Virus record (IMG/VR): IMGVR_UViG_2889049205_000001
Coordinates: 164,842 to 228,841 of that record
Strand: one strand, 5' to 3'
DNA: 64,000 nt
Source: a virus
Taxonomy: Duplodnaviria > Caudoviricetes
Of the stretch, positions 9,303 to 18,155 are shown in pieces. Every line of letters starts with the position of its first letter. Within the stretch, counting starts at the first letter, position 1. Made by a program: the position numbers and the translations under genes. The notes under the pieces were generated by a model. That model saw only the letters and a list, made by a program, of their open reading frames with translations. It was not told the origin of the DNA and did not search any database.

Positions 9303-10022
9303 ATGGGAAAACATCGCCTGGGTACCAAAAATTATCAAGCCACAAATGCCAATCAGATTTGGTTGGACGAGGATCTACTTTATCTTCTCCTCAATTATAA
9401 GAAGCTTTCTGTCCGCTATAAGCCGGACGTTTGCTTCGACATGATCGGCCGGGAGCTCGGTCGATCGGTCAAGGCGTGTGCGTCGCAGCTTAGTCTGCTT
9501 CGCACCGGCAAGACCAAAATTAACATGCTCCCTATCCAGATCATGCTGGAAGATGTGTCTAGCATGGATGACTTCACCATTCCAGAGGACGACACAGCCG
9601 ATGAGGTCCACGATCCTGTCATCTCCGTGGTTCCCAACGAGAACTATGCAGACCTGGACGCAGCACAGGATTTTATCCGGAATATGTTCGGTCAACTCAA
9701 TCAGACAGTTCAAACGCTTGAGGCGTTGAACGATAAGCTGATCGCTGACAACGAGCATTTGACCGGAGAACTTGAGGCGAAAACATCCAATGCCGAGGAC
9801 CTCCAGCTGATCGAGAAGCTTCGGGAAGAAATTGCAACTCTGGAGCAGTGGCTGCGGGAGGAGCAAGCCAAGACGCACGGGCTTACGGAAGAAAACATCC
9901 GGCACATCAATGAGATCGAGCGTCTCAAGCGCAAGCTCTCTACGGTGCTTAATATACGGCATGAGCTGGAACAGGATCTGCAGCAGCAAGAGCAGCAGCC
10001 CGGCATTCGGAGAGTGAAATGA
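9303..10022 (+). CDS. Myb-like HTH plus coiled-coil protein (RsfA-like architecture)
   Basis: W..EDLL...IGRELGRSVKAC, followed by a long heptad region. Confidence 0.55.
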   Translation: MGKHRLGTKNYQATNANQIWLDEDLLYLLLNYKKLSVRYKPDVCFDMIGRELGRSVKACASQLSLLRTGKTKINMLPIQIMLEDVSSMDDFTIPEDDTADEVHDPVISVVPNENYADLDAAQDFIRNMFGQLNQTVQTLEALNDKLIADNEHLTGELEAKTSNAEDLQLIEKLREEIATLEQWLREEQAKTHGLTEENIRHINEIERLKRKLSTVLNIRHELEQDLQQQEQQPGIRRVK

Positions 10023-10282
10023 ATCTCGTCTACAAATATCTAATCATCCACAATATGGTCGGTAATTACAAAGAGGGCGACGAGTGCCCTCTTTGCGGCG
10101 AAAAATGTGATGACCAGTCTGAAAGTGTGGATGTAGGTGTCGGCTGGGTTCCAGTCACATACGACATGTACTGTTGGAATTGCGGCGCCGAAGGGCATAA
10201 CTCCGGAACTCAGGTCAGATGGTATGCTCCGGATCCGGACTCCCCATACGGTGTCTCGGCACTCTATGGACCAGCTATATAA
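10019..10282 (+). CDS. Zinc-ribbon protein with N-terminal MNLVYKY tag
   Basis: CPLCG and CWNCG; ATGA overlap. Confidence 0.65.
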   Translation: MNLVYKYLIIHNMVGNYKEGDECPLCGEKCDDQSESVDVGVGWVPVTYDMYCWNCGAEGHNSGTQVRWYAPDPDSPYGVSALYGPAI

Positions 10283-10292
10283 ATGAAATGAG

Positions 10293-11282
10293 GTGCTTCG
10301 AATGCCAGATCTGTTCGACTTCGATTACACCATTGAGCTAACAGAAGAAGTCATTCAGGAATCGTTGCAGGGTTTGATCCTGCATTTCAAAGCAAGTGGC
10401 AACAGTCACTCTGTGCATATGAAAGACCGGGAGTTCGGCCGCATCTATCAGGCAGGCGGTGAAAGCATCATCGTCCCTGGGCTGAACGGCAAAATCCGGA
10501 TGTGTATCCCAGAGCTGGAGAAGCGTGGACATTGCCACCGATGGAATGGGAGCTCCTCCCCCATGCTTCATCTGAACGATGAGCTGCGTGACTTCCAAGA
10601 TCCGGAGGAAATCGCAGCCAAGTTCCGTGCTGCTGCCGATCGCTGTTTGGCTGCCGGCGGGGATTACTACACGCTCTATAGTATTCGAACCAATATCAGT
10701 ATCGGCGTATCCGGCCCTGGCATTGACAAGGCAATTACCAGAGAGATGGACCGTCTCGCTGTTGAGCTTGGCTTCCGCCATTACAAAGAAAAGCCCAAGG
10801 CTCTTGGCATGCGCATAAATCACATCAATAAGAAAAACAAGCCAATCATCGAAGCGATCTTCGAGGCTATGAAGCCAATGAAGGATCACCGGGAAGCTCG
10901 TCAGTTTTTTGATAGTCATGCCTTTCAGGATCCATCCAGGTACGGCGACGGCTCGGAGAACTTTATCACCCTCATGCCTTCCGTTTTCGATTGCCAGTGT
11001 CTAATTGAGTCCGACAACATCAAGGACACGGCTGAAATACTGGCACATATTGGTGGCAGCTGGTGGAAACCAGAGAACGAAGGTCGCTTGATCATCCGAA
11101 CCAAAGACGATGTGTATGACACGATCATGAGCGAGCCGGACGACGACGTAGAAGACGAAAACGAATATCGGATTTACGAAGACGACGATATCGACGATGA
11201 GGCTGCAGAGCTTGAGGAGGATCATCATGAAGCAGATTCAGACGTGCCTGGACCGAGCATTCCAGAAGGCATCCCCGCTTAA
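10293..11282 (+). CDS. Hypothetical protein with acidic C-terminal tail
   Basis: 329-aa ORF. Confidence 0.7.
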   Translation: MLRMPDLFDFDYTIELTEEVIQESLQGLILHFKASGNSHSVHMKDREFGRIYQAGGESIIVPGLNGKIRMCIPELEKRGHCHRWNGSSSPMLHLNDELRDFQDPEEIAAKFRAAADRCLAAGGDYYTLYSIRTNISIGVSGPGIDKAITREMDRLAVELGFRHYKEKPKALGMRINHINKKNKPIIEAIFEAMKPMKDHREARQFFDSHAFQDPSRYGDGSENFITLMPSVFDCQCLIESDNIKDTAEILAHIGGSWWKPENEGRLIIRTKDDVYDTIMSEPDDDVEDENEYRIYEDDDIDDEAAELEEDHHEADSDVPGPSIPEGIPA

Positions 11283-11538
11283 ACAAAAGTGGCGAGCGGC
11301 GATCGGCCAGGCTCCTATTATTCATCACCAGTGGCTGATTCTCAGACACTATCACCATATCGTTCTAATCTACGATCTGGACACCAGCGAGGTCCTTATG
11401 CAGTGGTGGGAGCGACCGGCCGACAAACGTGGACTTGACGCTGCACTTGCATATTTGGAGAGGAAGAAAAGCGATGCCAGTGAAAACGAAAGCAAAGAAG
11501 CCGGATCCGGCAGTGAGCTTCAGCGATCAGTTTATTGA
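11227..11538 (+). CDS. Hypothetical protein
   Basis: GAGGAGG RBS before ATG at 11227. Confidence 0.6.
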   Translation: MKQIQTCLDRAFQKASPLKQKWRAAIGQAPIIHHQWLILRHYHHIVLIYDLDTSEVLMQWWERPADKRGLDAALAYLERKKSDASENESKEAGSGSELQRSVY

Positions 11539-12796
11539 TAAAATCGGTCTGGATGAGATGTGCCGAAGGCATGCAAGGGCCGCTGAGATTATGCGGTCCC
11601 CTATTTTTGTTCAGCCGCCTAAGTCGGTTGAAGACTCTCATCGGTTCGGCTGGATGCGTGGCATTGCCTTAATGACCGAAACGCTGATTAATGGCCGGTG
11701 GTACGAGTGGCTCCGAGTGAACGCACTTGGCCGGCTGCCTGAAGACATCGACTGGCCGGACGTGTCGATGAGCATGTATCCGTCTGGGAGACATGAGGTA
11801 TCAAAGATGCTGGAAAACTGCATGAAGCACGTCTACCAGTACGGGCTGCGTGTCGATGTATTACTGGATTGGATCGGCTATGCGCTTGGTATTTCCTGGT
11901 TTGATAAACCGTCCATGCCCGAATCACTTTGGGGCCATTTGTACCGGTCATTCAATTTGGATTTGTTCTTCATGTATCCGTCGGATTACTTTTCTGATTT
12001 TCTGGCCACACACGGATACAGCGGTGTCGCCGATTATTTTCCGACTCCTCTGAACATCACAATCATGATGAATATGATTGCTGAGCCGCAGCTCTATGAA
12101 ACGCTCTATGAACCATGCTTGGGCGCAGCTGCGCAACTGTTACCTTCACGCAGCCTAAACATGATCGGTACGGATCTTAATCCAGCCATGGTCAAGACGG
12201 CCTCCATACAAGCGTTCCTGTATCAACCCGCCCTTCTCTACGCCCCTCATCCAATCAAAGGCATCCACTTCGACGAGAAAGAGATGCGCATGTGCCGGTA
12301 CTTCGAGTTCACCACGGATACCCGGATCTACTGCGGCGATTCCTTAATGGGCGAGTTTACGGCACCTCGTAATATTTTTGAAGAGAGCAGCGAACACATC
12401 GATGTGTACTTGTCTCCAGTGGATTTGAAGAAACGGGAGCTCTATAAGTATGAAGAGGAAATGATGATGCCTTGGGATGAACTGCCCAAGGAGATGAAAT
12501 GGAAGATCGTTGTAGCGCAATCGAGGGAGTTTCCGATGGACGTGTGTTTGAGCAATCCGCCGTTCAATATGAGTGTGGGCAAATTCTGGCGAGACAACCT
12601 GCAACGGATTGAGGATGGCAATTCGATGTTTCTTCAGGAAAGAGAACAGCGGCTGGCGCTTTGGCAGGAGAAGTATGCCAATCGGCCAGCCGCTGTATTT
12701 CAAAGCATTGAGGAAGATGTGAGTCATCGAATCGTTGTTATCGAGACACGAGCGAAGAATGTGATCAAGGGTCAGCTGGCGTTTGAGTTCGCCTAA
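11474..12796 (+). CDS. N6-adenine DNA methyltransferase-like protein (HsdM-type motif order)
   Basis: YFPTP, LYEPCLG (degenerate motif I), GTD, GDSL and catalytic SNPPF. Confidence 0.7.
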   Translation: MPVKTKAKKPDPAVSFSDQFIDKIGLDEMCRRHARAAEIMRSPIFVQPPKSVEDSHRFGWMRGIALMTETLINGRWYEWLRVNALGRLPEDIDWPDVSMSMYPSGRHEVSKMLENCMKHVYQYGLRVDVLLDWIGYALGISWFDKPSMPESLWGHLYRSFNLDLFFMYPSDYFSDFLATHGYSGVADYFPTPLNITIMMNMIAEPQLYETLYEPCLGAAAQLLPSRSLNMIGTDLNPAMVKTASIQAFLYQPALLYAPHPIKGIHFDEKEMRMCRYFEFTTDTRIYCGDSLMGEFTAPRNIFEESSEHIDVYLSPVDLKKRELYKYEEEMMMPWDELPKEMKWKIVVAQSREFPMDVCLSNPPFNMSVGKFWRDNLQRIEDGNSMFLQEREQRLALWQEKYANRPAAVFQSIEEDVSHRIVVIETRAKNVIKGQLAFEFA

Positions 12797-13053
12797 TAGG
12801 TGACTGACATGCTCCATGTCCCGCAGTTACCACAAACGAAAAGCTCGATTTCTTTGCTGTCGATAGCGGTATCCACCCAGTAGCCGGCTCCGGTCGTGCA
12901 TCCGCACTTGGTGTAGAAGCGAGCCATTTCTGGGTTCGTCTTCGTGCCAACGTGATCCTCAGATACATCAATTTTGAGAACCTCTTCCATTAAATCCGGC
13001 CGCTCTTGGAACAGCTCAGGAACAAACTTCAGTTTCTCCGCTTGGAGCAGCAT
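12793..13053 (-). CDS. Small Cys-containing hypothetical protein
   Basis: CGC and CGNC motifs. Confidence 0.6.
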   Translation of the reverse strand: MLLQAEKLKFVPELFQERPDLMEEVLKIDVSEDHVGTKTNPEMARFYTKCGCTTGAGYWVDTAIDSKEIELFVCGNCGTWSMSVTY

Positions 13054-13066
13054 GGGCAATTTCCTT

Positions 13067-13297
13067 TCAATTTGGATCGCTTTCTGGATCCTGAAGGATT
13101 TCGATCTTCTCGTCCAGTTCCATTTTTATCATCGTCAGCCGCAATTGAATGTCATCGCTCTTGTTGTAGCTTAATTTGCGGTGTGCTCTGGAGATCAGCT
13201 GCGAGGCCTGAAGGAGCATATCCGCTGCTTGCCTTCTGGCCCCGATGGCCTCTGCTAGATCCCGTTTGCGTCGGAGCTCCTTGTCACGCTCGTCCAT
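13067..13297 (-). CDS. Hypothetical helical protein
   Basis: GAGGTG RBS; directly downstream of rep. Confidence 0.6.
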   Translation of the reverse strand: MDERDKELRRKRDLAEAIGARRQAADMLLQASQLISRAHRKLSYNKSDDIQLRLTMIKMELDEKIEILQDPESDPN

Positions 13298-13304
13298 TCG
13301 TGGA

Positions 13305-14255
13305 TCACCTCATATTGTAGAACTCATTTGTGTAAAGGACCTCTTCATTATCGAGCGTCGATTTGAACCAGACGAATGGGTTCTTGTCGATCTTTCCGGT
13401 TTTGAACCCCTGCCGGAATTTGACCGCTGCCCGCTGCACTGCAACCGGGGTGTACTTGTCCCACTCGATCTCTTTCAGCACTTTGTCGGTGAACGCTTGA
13501 GGAAGTCTGATTTTGCTTGAGACTTCTTCTATGAAACAATCCTTACCCATTTGAGAGTAGATGGACTCTTCATCTTCTTCTTCAAAAGATCTATTTCTAC
13601 TATCTTTAAAATCTAATATATTTATAGATTTATTTAGGGCATCGTCGGAGCCTTGTCCCGCCTGGGCTGAAGGGCTCTCAGGTGTAGTGCTTTTGCCAAC
13701 CTCGTCGGGGTGATTTTGACTACCTTCTGTTGTCAATTTTACCCCGTCATTGGTGGCTTTTTCACTACCCGTGTTGTCGTTTATACCACCAGGGTTGTCT
13801 TTTCCACCACCGGGGTTGTCAATTTGACCACCGGGGTTGTCTTTTTTACTACCCCTGTTGTCCTTTTTACTACTGGGGTTGTCAATTTCACCCCAGTTGA
13901 CGACTTTTTTCCAATCAAAATCGTATGTCCACTCGACTTGAGTAGTCTCATCCATCACGAGGCGATAGAAATTATGGCCGTGAAGGTTGTTTTGCTCTAT
14001 GTAGCCCTTCTCCGTACACTGCTTGATGGCATTTGATGCTTGCTTCTTATCGAAGCCCAGGTACTTCACGAGATCGTTGAGGCTAAATTGGAGGCAATAG
14101 CCATCCTTTCGCCATCCGAACGTGAAACGCATCATAAATGATAGCAGCCTGATCTCTATGAGGCTCAGCTCGTTCCGCATGATCAGATCGTAGAACTCGT
14201 TGGGAGTCTGCGTAAAGCCACTTGGAATGCTGAATCCTTTGAAATTTTCATGCAA
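13305..14255 (-). CDS. Replication initiator (phage O/RepA-like N-terminal wHTH) containing internal iterons
   Basis: GFTQTPNEFYD..ELSLIEIRLL..RFTFGW pattern of O-like initiators; AGGAGG RBS with TTG start. Confidence 0.75.
   Translation of the reverse strand: MHENFKGFSIPSGFTQTPNEFYDLIMRNELSLIEIRLLSFMMRFTFGWRKDGYCLQFSLNDLVKYLGFDKKQASNAIKQCTEKGYIEQNNLHGHNFYRLVMDETTQVEWTYDFDWKKVVNWGEIDNPSSKKDNRGSKKDNPGGQIDNPGGGKDNPGGINDNTGSEKATNDGVKLTTEGSQNHPDEVGKSTTPESPSAQAGQGSDDALNKSINILDFKDSRNRSFEEEDEESIYSQMGKDCFIEEVSSKIRLPQAFTDKVLKEIEWDKYTPVAVQRAAVKFRQGFKTGKIDKNPFVWFKSTLDNEEVLYTNEFYNMR
13761..13886. repeat. Six tandem 21-bp iteron-like repeats (consensus nnnACYACCVGGGTTGTCwwt); probable origin
   Basis: ttcactacccgtgttgtcgtt / tataccaccagggttgtcttt / tccaccaccggggttgtcaat / ttgaccaccggggttgtcttt / tttactacccctgttgtcctt / tttactactggggttgtcaat. 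AT-rich tract at about 13590-13635. Confidence 0.75.
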
Positions 14256-14307
14256 CTCTTTTCCCTCCTACTTTACAAATAGTAGGGGTATCGACTATAC
14301 TAAAAGC

Positions 14308-14378
14308 ATCAAATCGCATAGCAATACCCCCAAAGGGAACCTAAACCACCGGCCAAAGTGAGAAGGTTCCTTTTTCTT
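14308..14378 (+). ncRNA. Candidate countertranscribed antisense RNA to the rep leader
   Basis: Promoter TTTACA(14272)-18-TATACT(14296); terminator GGAACCT...AGGTTCC followed by a T run. Confidence 0.5.
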
Positions 14379-14385
14379 TGTCTTA

Positions 14386-14414
14386 ATAGTAAACGATTCG
14401 TGTTAATTTTACAA
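14386..14414 (-). promoter_or_regulatory. SigA-type promoter for rep
   Basis: TTGTAA-17-TACTAT on the - strand. Confidence 0.55.
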
Positions 14415-14453
14415 ATAGTTTTGGTATGTTTTGAGAATAGTTTGGGGGTTGTA

Positions 14454-14600
14454 ATGATGCATCCTGCGGGCAAAATCCTTGTCACGCTTGGGCGTGTGGC
14501 TGCAGCAGAGGCCGGAAGGCAATTGGTGAAACATGGAGTGCCGGCTTTGCAAAAAGCGACAGCTCTGGCCTATCGAAAATATCAATCTATCAAGAAATAA
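14454..14600 (+). CDS. 48-aa cationic amphipathic peptide
   Basis: GGGGG RBS; MMHPAGKILVTLGRVAAAEAGRQLVKHGVPALQKATALAYRKYQSIKK. Confidence 0.5.
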   Translation: MMHPAGKILVTLGRVAAAEAGRQLVKHGVPALQKATALAYRKYQSIKK

Positions 14601-14665
14601 AAAATATAACGTATAACATATTACGGTACGAAATATGTTTTGCATTCCATGCTGGAGGTGATGCG

Positions 14666-14800
14666 ATGTTCAGAGTATACTGGATTAATGCAGCTGGCCA
14701 TCAGGATGAATCGTTCCATGGCAGCGAAAAATTGCGTGACGATAAAATTGCGGATCTCGAGAGTCAAGGAATTACCGCAGAATGGGAGCATACGAAATGA
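14666..14800 (+). CDS. 44-aa hypothetical protein (MFRVYWINAAG...; not in the ORF track)
   Basis: GGAGGTG RBS; ATGA coupling to the next ORF. Confidence 0.6.
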   Translation: MFRVYWINAAGHQDESFHGSEKLRDDKIADLESQGITAEWEHTK

Positions 14801-14979
14801 AGGAACTAGAAAAGGTAAGCATGTCTCGAATCGAAACCGCCCTCTTCCGGATTGATCGTGCCACTTCAGATCCGGAGGTTAAGAAGCTCGTCGAACAGGC
14901 GCTGCAGGTAGTAAAGGAAGAACGTGACCGTGTGGAGAACATCCGTGAGGTCGCATTCATGATCGCCAACAAACTGTAA
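14797..14979 (+). CDS. Small helical hypothetical protein
   Basis: GGGAG RBS; ATGA overlap. Confidence 0.6.
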   Translation: MKELEKVSMSRIETALFRIDRATSDPEVKKLVEQALQVVKEERDRVENIREVAFMIANKL

Positions 14980-15010
14980 CTGCCCTTCAGGGCTTTGTAT
15001 TGTTGTATAG

Positions 15011-15050
15011 AAAGAGCGGCACCCTTCTCTATTGGGTCGCCGCTCTTTTT
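15011..15050. terminator. Bidirectional intrinsic terminator
   Basis: AAAGAGCGGC-ACCC...GGGT-CGCCGCTCTTTTT between convergent genes. Confidence 0.75.
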
Positions 15051-15051
15051 C

Positions 15052-15432
15052 TTATCCAAAATTATCCTTCAGTGCTTGCTGCAGTAATCCCTGGCAGCGA
15101 TCGATTTCCTCTTTCAGCTGCTTCTTATAGATTTCTGCCCGATCGGCGCCATCGTCGGTGAACTGATAGTACACCAGTTTTTTGAACCGGTCATGCGGCG
15201 GTACGATTTCTTGCCTATGTAAAATGCCGTCTTCTACAAGATCATACAAGGCCTCATACATGGCCGAGTGGGTGGGCTGGTATCCGAAAGGCTTGAACGT
15301 TTCGGTCAGCGTGTCCAGGATCTGTAGTCCATATGCTTTTTTCTTTTCCATCAATGTAATGAGATACAGTTTCAGGAAGGCCCGCTGCTTGAGCATGAAC
15401 CCTCTACTTTCTCTCTTCTGTTTTTCCGCCAT
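15052..15432 (-). CDS. rtp: Replication terminator protein homologue
   Basis: GFMLKQRAFLKLYLIT...YGL...KKQLKEEIDRC..L..ALKDNF closely follows B. subtilis RTP. Confidence 0.9.
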   Translation of the reverse strand: MAEKQKRESRGFMLKQRAFLKLYLITLMEKKKAYGLQILDTLTETFKPFGYQPTHSAMYEALYDLVEDGILHRQEIVPPHDRFKKLVYYQFTDDGADRAEIYKKQLKEEIDRCQGLLQQALKDNFG

Positions 15433-15464
15433 GCAATCTATCACCCTCCTAAATCTTAATTATT

Positions 15465-15620
15465 CACTGTCTAAAATCTTCAACGTGAATCCAGTATAAA
15501 CCATCTCCACCACCCTTGTCCATATAGGTCCTGAGACTTCTTTGATACTGAACTTAGAGACGTTACAGAACTGCAGGTAATAACGGGTGAACATTTATAC
15601 GTTGAAGACTTTAGACAATG
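15465..15620. repeat. 22-bp inverted repeat pair upstream of rtp (candidate Ter sites)
   Basis: 15465-15486 cactgtctaaaatcttcaacgt versus 15599-15620 acgttgaagactttagacaatg (2 mismatches). Confidence 0.6.
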
Positions 15621-15637
15621 TTCAAATTAGATTAAAC

Positions 15638-15667
15638 TTGCATTGCAAACATATGTTCTCGTATAAT
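15638..15667 (+). promoter_or_regulatory. SigA promoter with LexA (SOS) box in the spacer
   Basis: TTGCAT-18-TATAAT; CAAACATATGTTCT at 15646-15659 resembles CGAAC-N4-GTTCG. Confidence 0.7.
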
Positions 15668-15685
15668 GGCCGTGAGGTGATTGTT

Positions 15686-15997
15686 ATGAGCAAATTAGAT
15701 GGCAATGGTGTGTGGTCGTCCAAGTTCATTGTTCCGGAGTTCGGCGCTGCACTCGCTAAGCATCAGCTCGAAAGCCGCCGCCGGGCAAAGCCCCTTCTCG
15801 ATGACCAGGAATGGGAGATTATTACGCAGGCGATCGGAACATCGAGGTTTAATCGTGAACCGGTGAAGCTGATTCTGTTCGACCCATTTGAGGATGTATC
15901 CATTGAAGGCGTCGTTGAAAAGTTTGATCCGCAGCTGCAGCAGATCCGGATGAATAGTTCCTGGTTCAAGCTGGCTGATGTGATCGGTGTCGGATAA
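15686..15997 (+). CDS. YolD-like protein
   Basis: SKFIVPE...KPLLDDQEWE...GVVEKFD..L.DVIGV; SOS box upstream. Confidence 0.8.
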   Translation: MSKLDGNGVWSSKFIVPEFGAALAKHQLESRRRAKPLLDDQEWEIITQAIGTSRFNREPVKLILFDPFEDVSIEGVVEKFDPQLQQIRMNSSWFKLADVIGVG

Positions 15998-16011
15998 ATG
16001 AAAAACCGCCC

Positions 16012-16590
16012 CTATTCGGAGGCGGCCACAAAACCATATGCTTCTCGGCCGTCACGGTTGAGTTCGGCTTTGAAATATTGAAAGACGTCCAGCCAGTTGC
16101 GGCAGCGGATGTGCCTGTTCTTCAGGTACTGGTTATACGGCATGTCCATCAGGATTCCTTTTCCCCTGAATCCTTCAATGTTGTGCGGTCCGTCGTCGAT
16201 CAAGTAATCCATCCGGAAGAGATCCTTGGGATGGAGCGGGACGAAGTGGTAGCTGTCGATGAACGGTAGATGTTTCTCCACCCACGCCCACTTGTCGGCC
16301 ACGACGTTCGGATGCGCTGACGTAACGATGAACACTTCGTAGTGGTCGTTCAGCCACGCCATGATGGAAGCTGCGCTCGGTTTGATGCCCAGGTCTCTGA
16401 ACAATCCAGGCTCCCACAAGAACTTGTACATGTCCTTGCCGCATTCCGGCTTCACGTAGGTCGTGACGTCCCAGTTGGCCATGTCGGCCACTGTTAGACT
16501 GTCATTGTACTTCTCATTATATTTGGCGAGCCACACCTGTTCCAGGTTATTCAACGTGGTGTCCAGGTCTACTCCTACGATTTTCCGCAT
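16012..16590 (-). CDS. 5'(3')-deoxyribonucleotidase (HAD, NT5C/YorS-like)
   Basis: VDLDTTL, IVTS, DKWAW and LIDDGPHN motifs. Confidence 0.85.
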   Translation of the reverse strand: MRKIVGVDLDTTLNNLEQVWLAKYNEKYNDSLTVADMANWDVTTYVKPECGKDMYKFLWEPGLFRDLGIKPSAASIMAWLNDHYEVFIVTSAHPNVVADKWAWVEKHLPFIDSYHFVPLHPKDLFRMDYLIDDGPHNIEGFRGKGILMDMPYNQYLKNRHIRCRNWLDVFQYFKAELNRDGREAYGFVAASE

Positions 16591-16623
16591 AGCTGTCTCC
16601 TCCCCTGCTATGTATAGCCCCCA

Positions 16624-17295
16624 TTAAACTGGAGGCAATACCCGCTTTGCTTCCTTGTAAATGTCTTTGTGAATCTCTTCAGCCGGCAGCTGTCCCATCA
16701 CCATGGCTGAGGATCCACGAACAAGGGTGTTGATATGGTCGTAGTACATGCTGCGCACGTCGGTCAGCAGATTAAAATCGGATTCATACCGATCGTTTCC
16801 ACCGTGTTTCCCTTTGCGATTGATGCTTTCCTTCGGCGGCAGATCGATCAGGATCGTTAGATCCGGAGTCCGGACAAACCGCAGCAGGCTTTGAAGCCAG
16901 GAGTGAATCTCGCCGTATTTGAGATTCTGATCAGCTGCTTTGTTAGCCGGCAAACCATATGCGTACTGGCTGCCAACGTAGCGGTCCAGAATCAACACAT
17001 CGGTTCCTGCGGCGTCGAGCTCTTCGAACCATTTCTGCTGCGCCTGTTTGTCGGCCGCCATAATTAGCTCAATCGTTTTCTGATCCACGTCGTAAGGTTC
17101 CATGCCCTCGGGCATATTGCCGGATCTTGTGTAGAGCCAGCGTTGGATCAATTGTCCGGTCGGCGTATCGTACCGGTGGAACTCGCTTTGCTCGACTTTG
17201 TATCCTTCAGCTCTCAAGCGTTCGACCAGCAGCTCCGTTTGCGTGTGCTTGCCGGATTTATCGAGGCCCTCCAGGGCAATGATGGTCATCTTCAT
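16624..17295 (-). CDS. tmk: Thymidylate kinase
   Basis: IALEGLDKSGKHTQ P-loop; ILDRY; PDLTILID. Confidence 0.85.
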   Translation of the reverse strand: MKMTIIALEGLDKSGKHTQTELLVERLRAEGYKVEQSEFHRYDTPTGQLIQRWLYTRSGNMPEGMEPYDVDQKTIELIMAADKQAQQKWFEELDAAGTDVLILDRYVGSQYAYGLPANKAADQNLKYGEIHSWLQSLLRFVRTPDLTILIDLPPKESINRKGKHGGNDRYESDFNLLTDVRSMYYDHINTLVRGSSAMVMGQLPAEEIHKDIYKEAKRVLPPV

Positions 17296-17540
17296 TTGTC
17301 TTCATCCTCCTGTTTTCTACGTTCCTCGACTTGCTCCATTGCAAGCTCCAGCACGGTAAGCATGACGGCAATACTGGCATTGGTCGTCGTCATCCAGTTG
17401 GCATTGTTCTTGTTGACGATTTTGCTGATCTCCTCGAACATCTCCTCTGCCATACTCCGTGACTTCGCCTTGTCCTCGTCCGTCATTTGCGACTGCAGCA
17501 CGCTCAGAAACGCTTTCGATTGATTAAGAAGTCTTTCCAT
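17292..17540 (-). CDS. Hypothetical protein
   Basis: Coupled ORF. Confidence 0.6.
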   Translation of the reverse strand: MERLLNQSKAFLSVLQSQMTDEDKAKSRSMAEEMFEEISKIVNKNNANWMTTTNASIAVMLTVLELAMEQVEERRKQEDEDK

Positions 17541-17728
17541 TGATCCTTGTCCCCTTTGATTGATTCAATCTCATCTTCCATATCCGATAGATCCGAGAAC
17601 AAAAAGAAGATCACCAACATAAATGCGAATGTTGGCCACTTCAAAACCTCGGCCAGAACATAGAAGGCGCCCATGATCGCCAGGATCCGGAAACGCTTGG
17701 CTAGGTACATCCAGTTGAATTTCTTCAT
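17504..17728 (-). CDS. Small protein with two transmembrane segments
   Basis: Two hydrophobic segments. Confidence 0.6.
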   Translation of the reverse strand: MKKFNWMYLAKRFRILAIMGAFYVLAEVLKWPTFAFMLVIFFLFSDLSDMEDEIESIKGDKDQWKDFLINRKRF

Positions 17729-17734
17729 CCCCCG

Positions 17735-18052
17735 CTACACCTCGTTGTCTTTCTCGTCGTTGCCAAATCGGCATTTCAATTCGAATAGCCAGTCATGAAA
17801 TAGCCACTTGGCAGGTTGGCCCAAGGCCAGAGACAAATCGATCAAAGCCTCCAGCTCCTCTTTGGTGCGGTATGCTTTAATCTGGTGATACCAGAAGCCA
17901 TCCTTGTATCCGTCATCGAACTCAACGATGTACCGCATCTTGGCATTGTCGGCTTGCTTGATAATGCCAAGGCGGTTCTCGCATGGTGAAAGCGGGTCAA
18001 TAATGACCACGAGTTGCTCGACCTGGTATTTCTTGAACTTGTTTTGGTCCAT
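17735..18052 (-). CDS. SH3-like plus IDEAL-like domain protein
   Basis: Beta-barrel-like N-terminus; LIDLSLALG..W.F..W..EL. Confidence 0.6.
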   Translation of the reverse strand: MDQNKFKKYQVEQLVVIIDPLSPCENRLGIIKQADNAKMRYIVEFDDGYKDGFWYHQIKAYRTKEELEALIDLSLALGQPAKWLFHDWLFELKCRFGNDEKDNEV

Positions 18053-18074
18053 GAAGATTCACCTCAATGAACCC

Positions 18075-18149
18075 CTACTTCCCTTTCCGGCCGGTCTTCT
18101 TTCCACCTGGTGGAACGATAATCATTGCATCGCCTGTGCTGATTGCCAT
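18075..18149 (-). CDS. 24-aa peptide MAISTGDAMIIVPPGGKKTGRKGK
   Basis: AAGGAG RBS 9 nt upstream; fills the gap after the endolysin. Confidence 0.4.
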   Translation of the reverse strand: MAISTGDAMIIVPPGGKKTGRKGK

Positions 18150-18155
18150 TGAGCC

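Noticed and set aside
13761-13886. CRISPR-like array
   Set aside because: Contiguous 21-bp repeats without unique spacers, inside a rep gene; iterons fit better.
14604-14635. dif/Xer or lox-like site (TAACGTA-N8-TACGGTA)
   Set aside because: Arms are short and spacing does not fit dif; no recombinase in the window.
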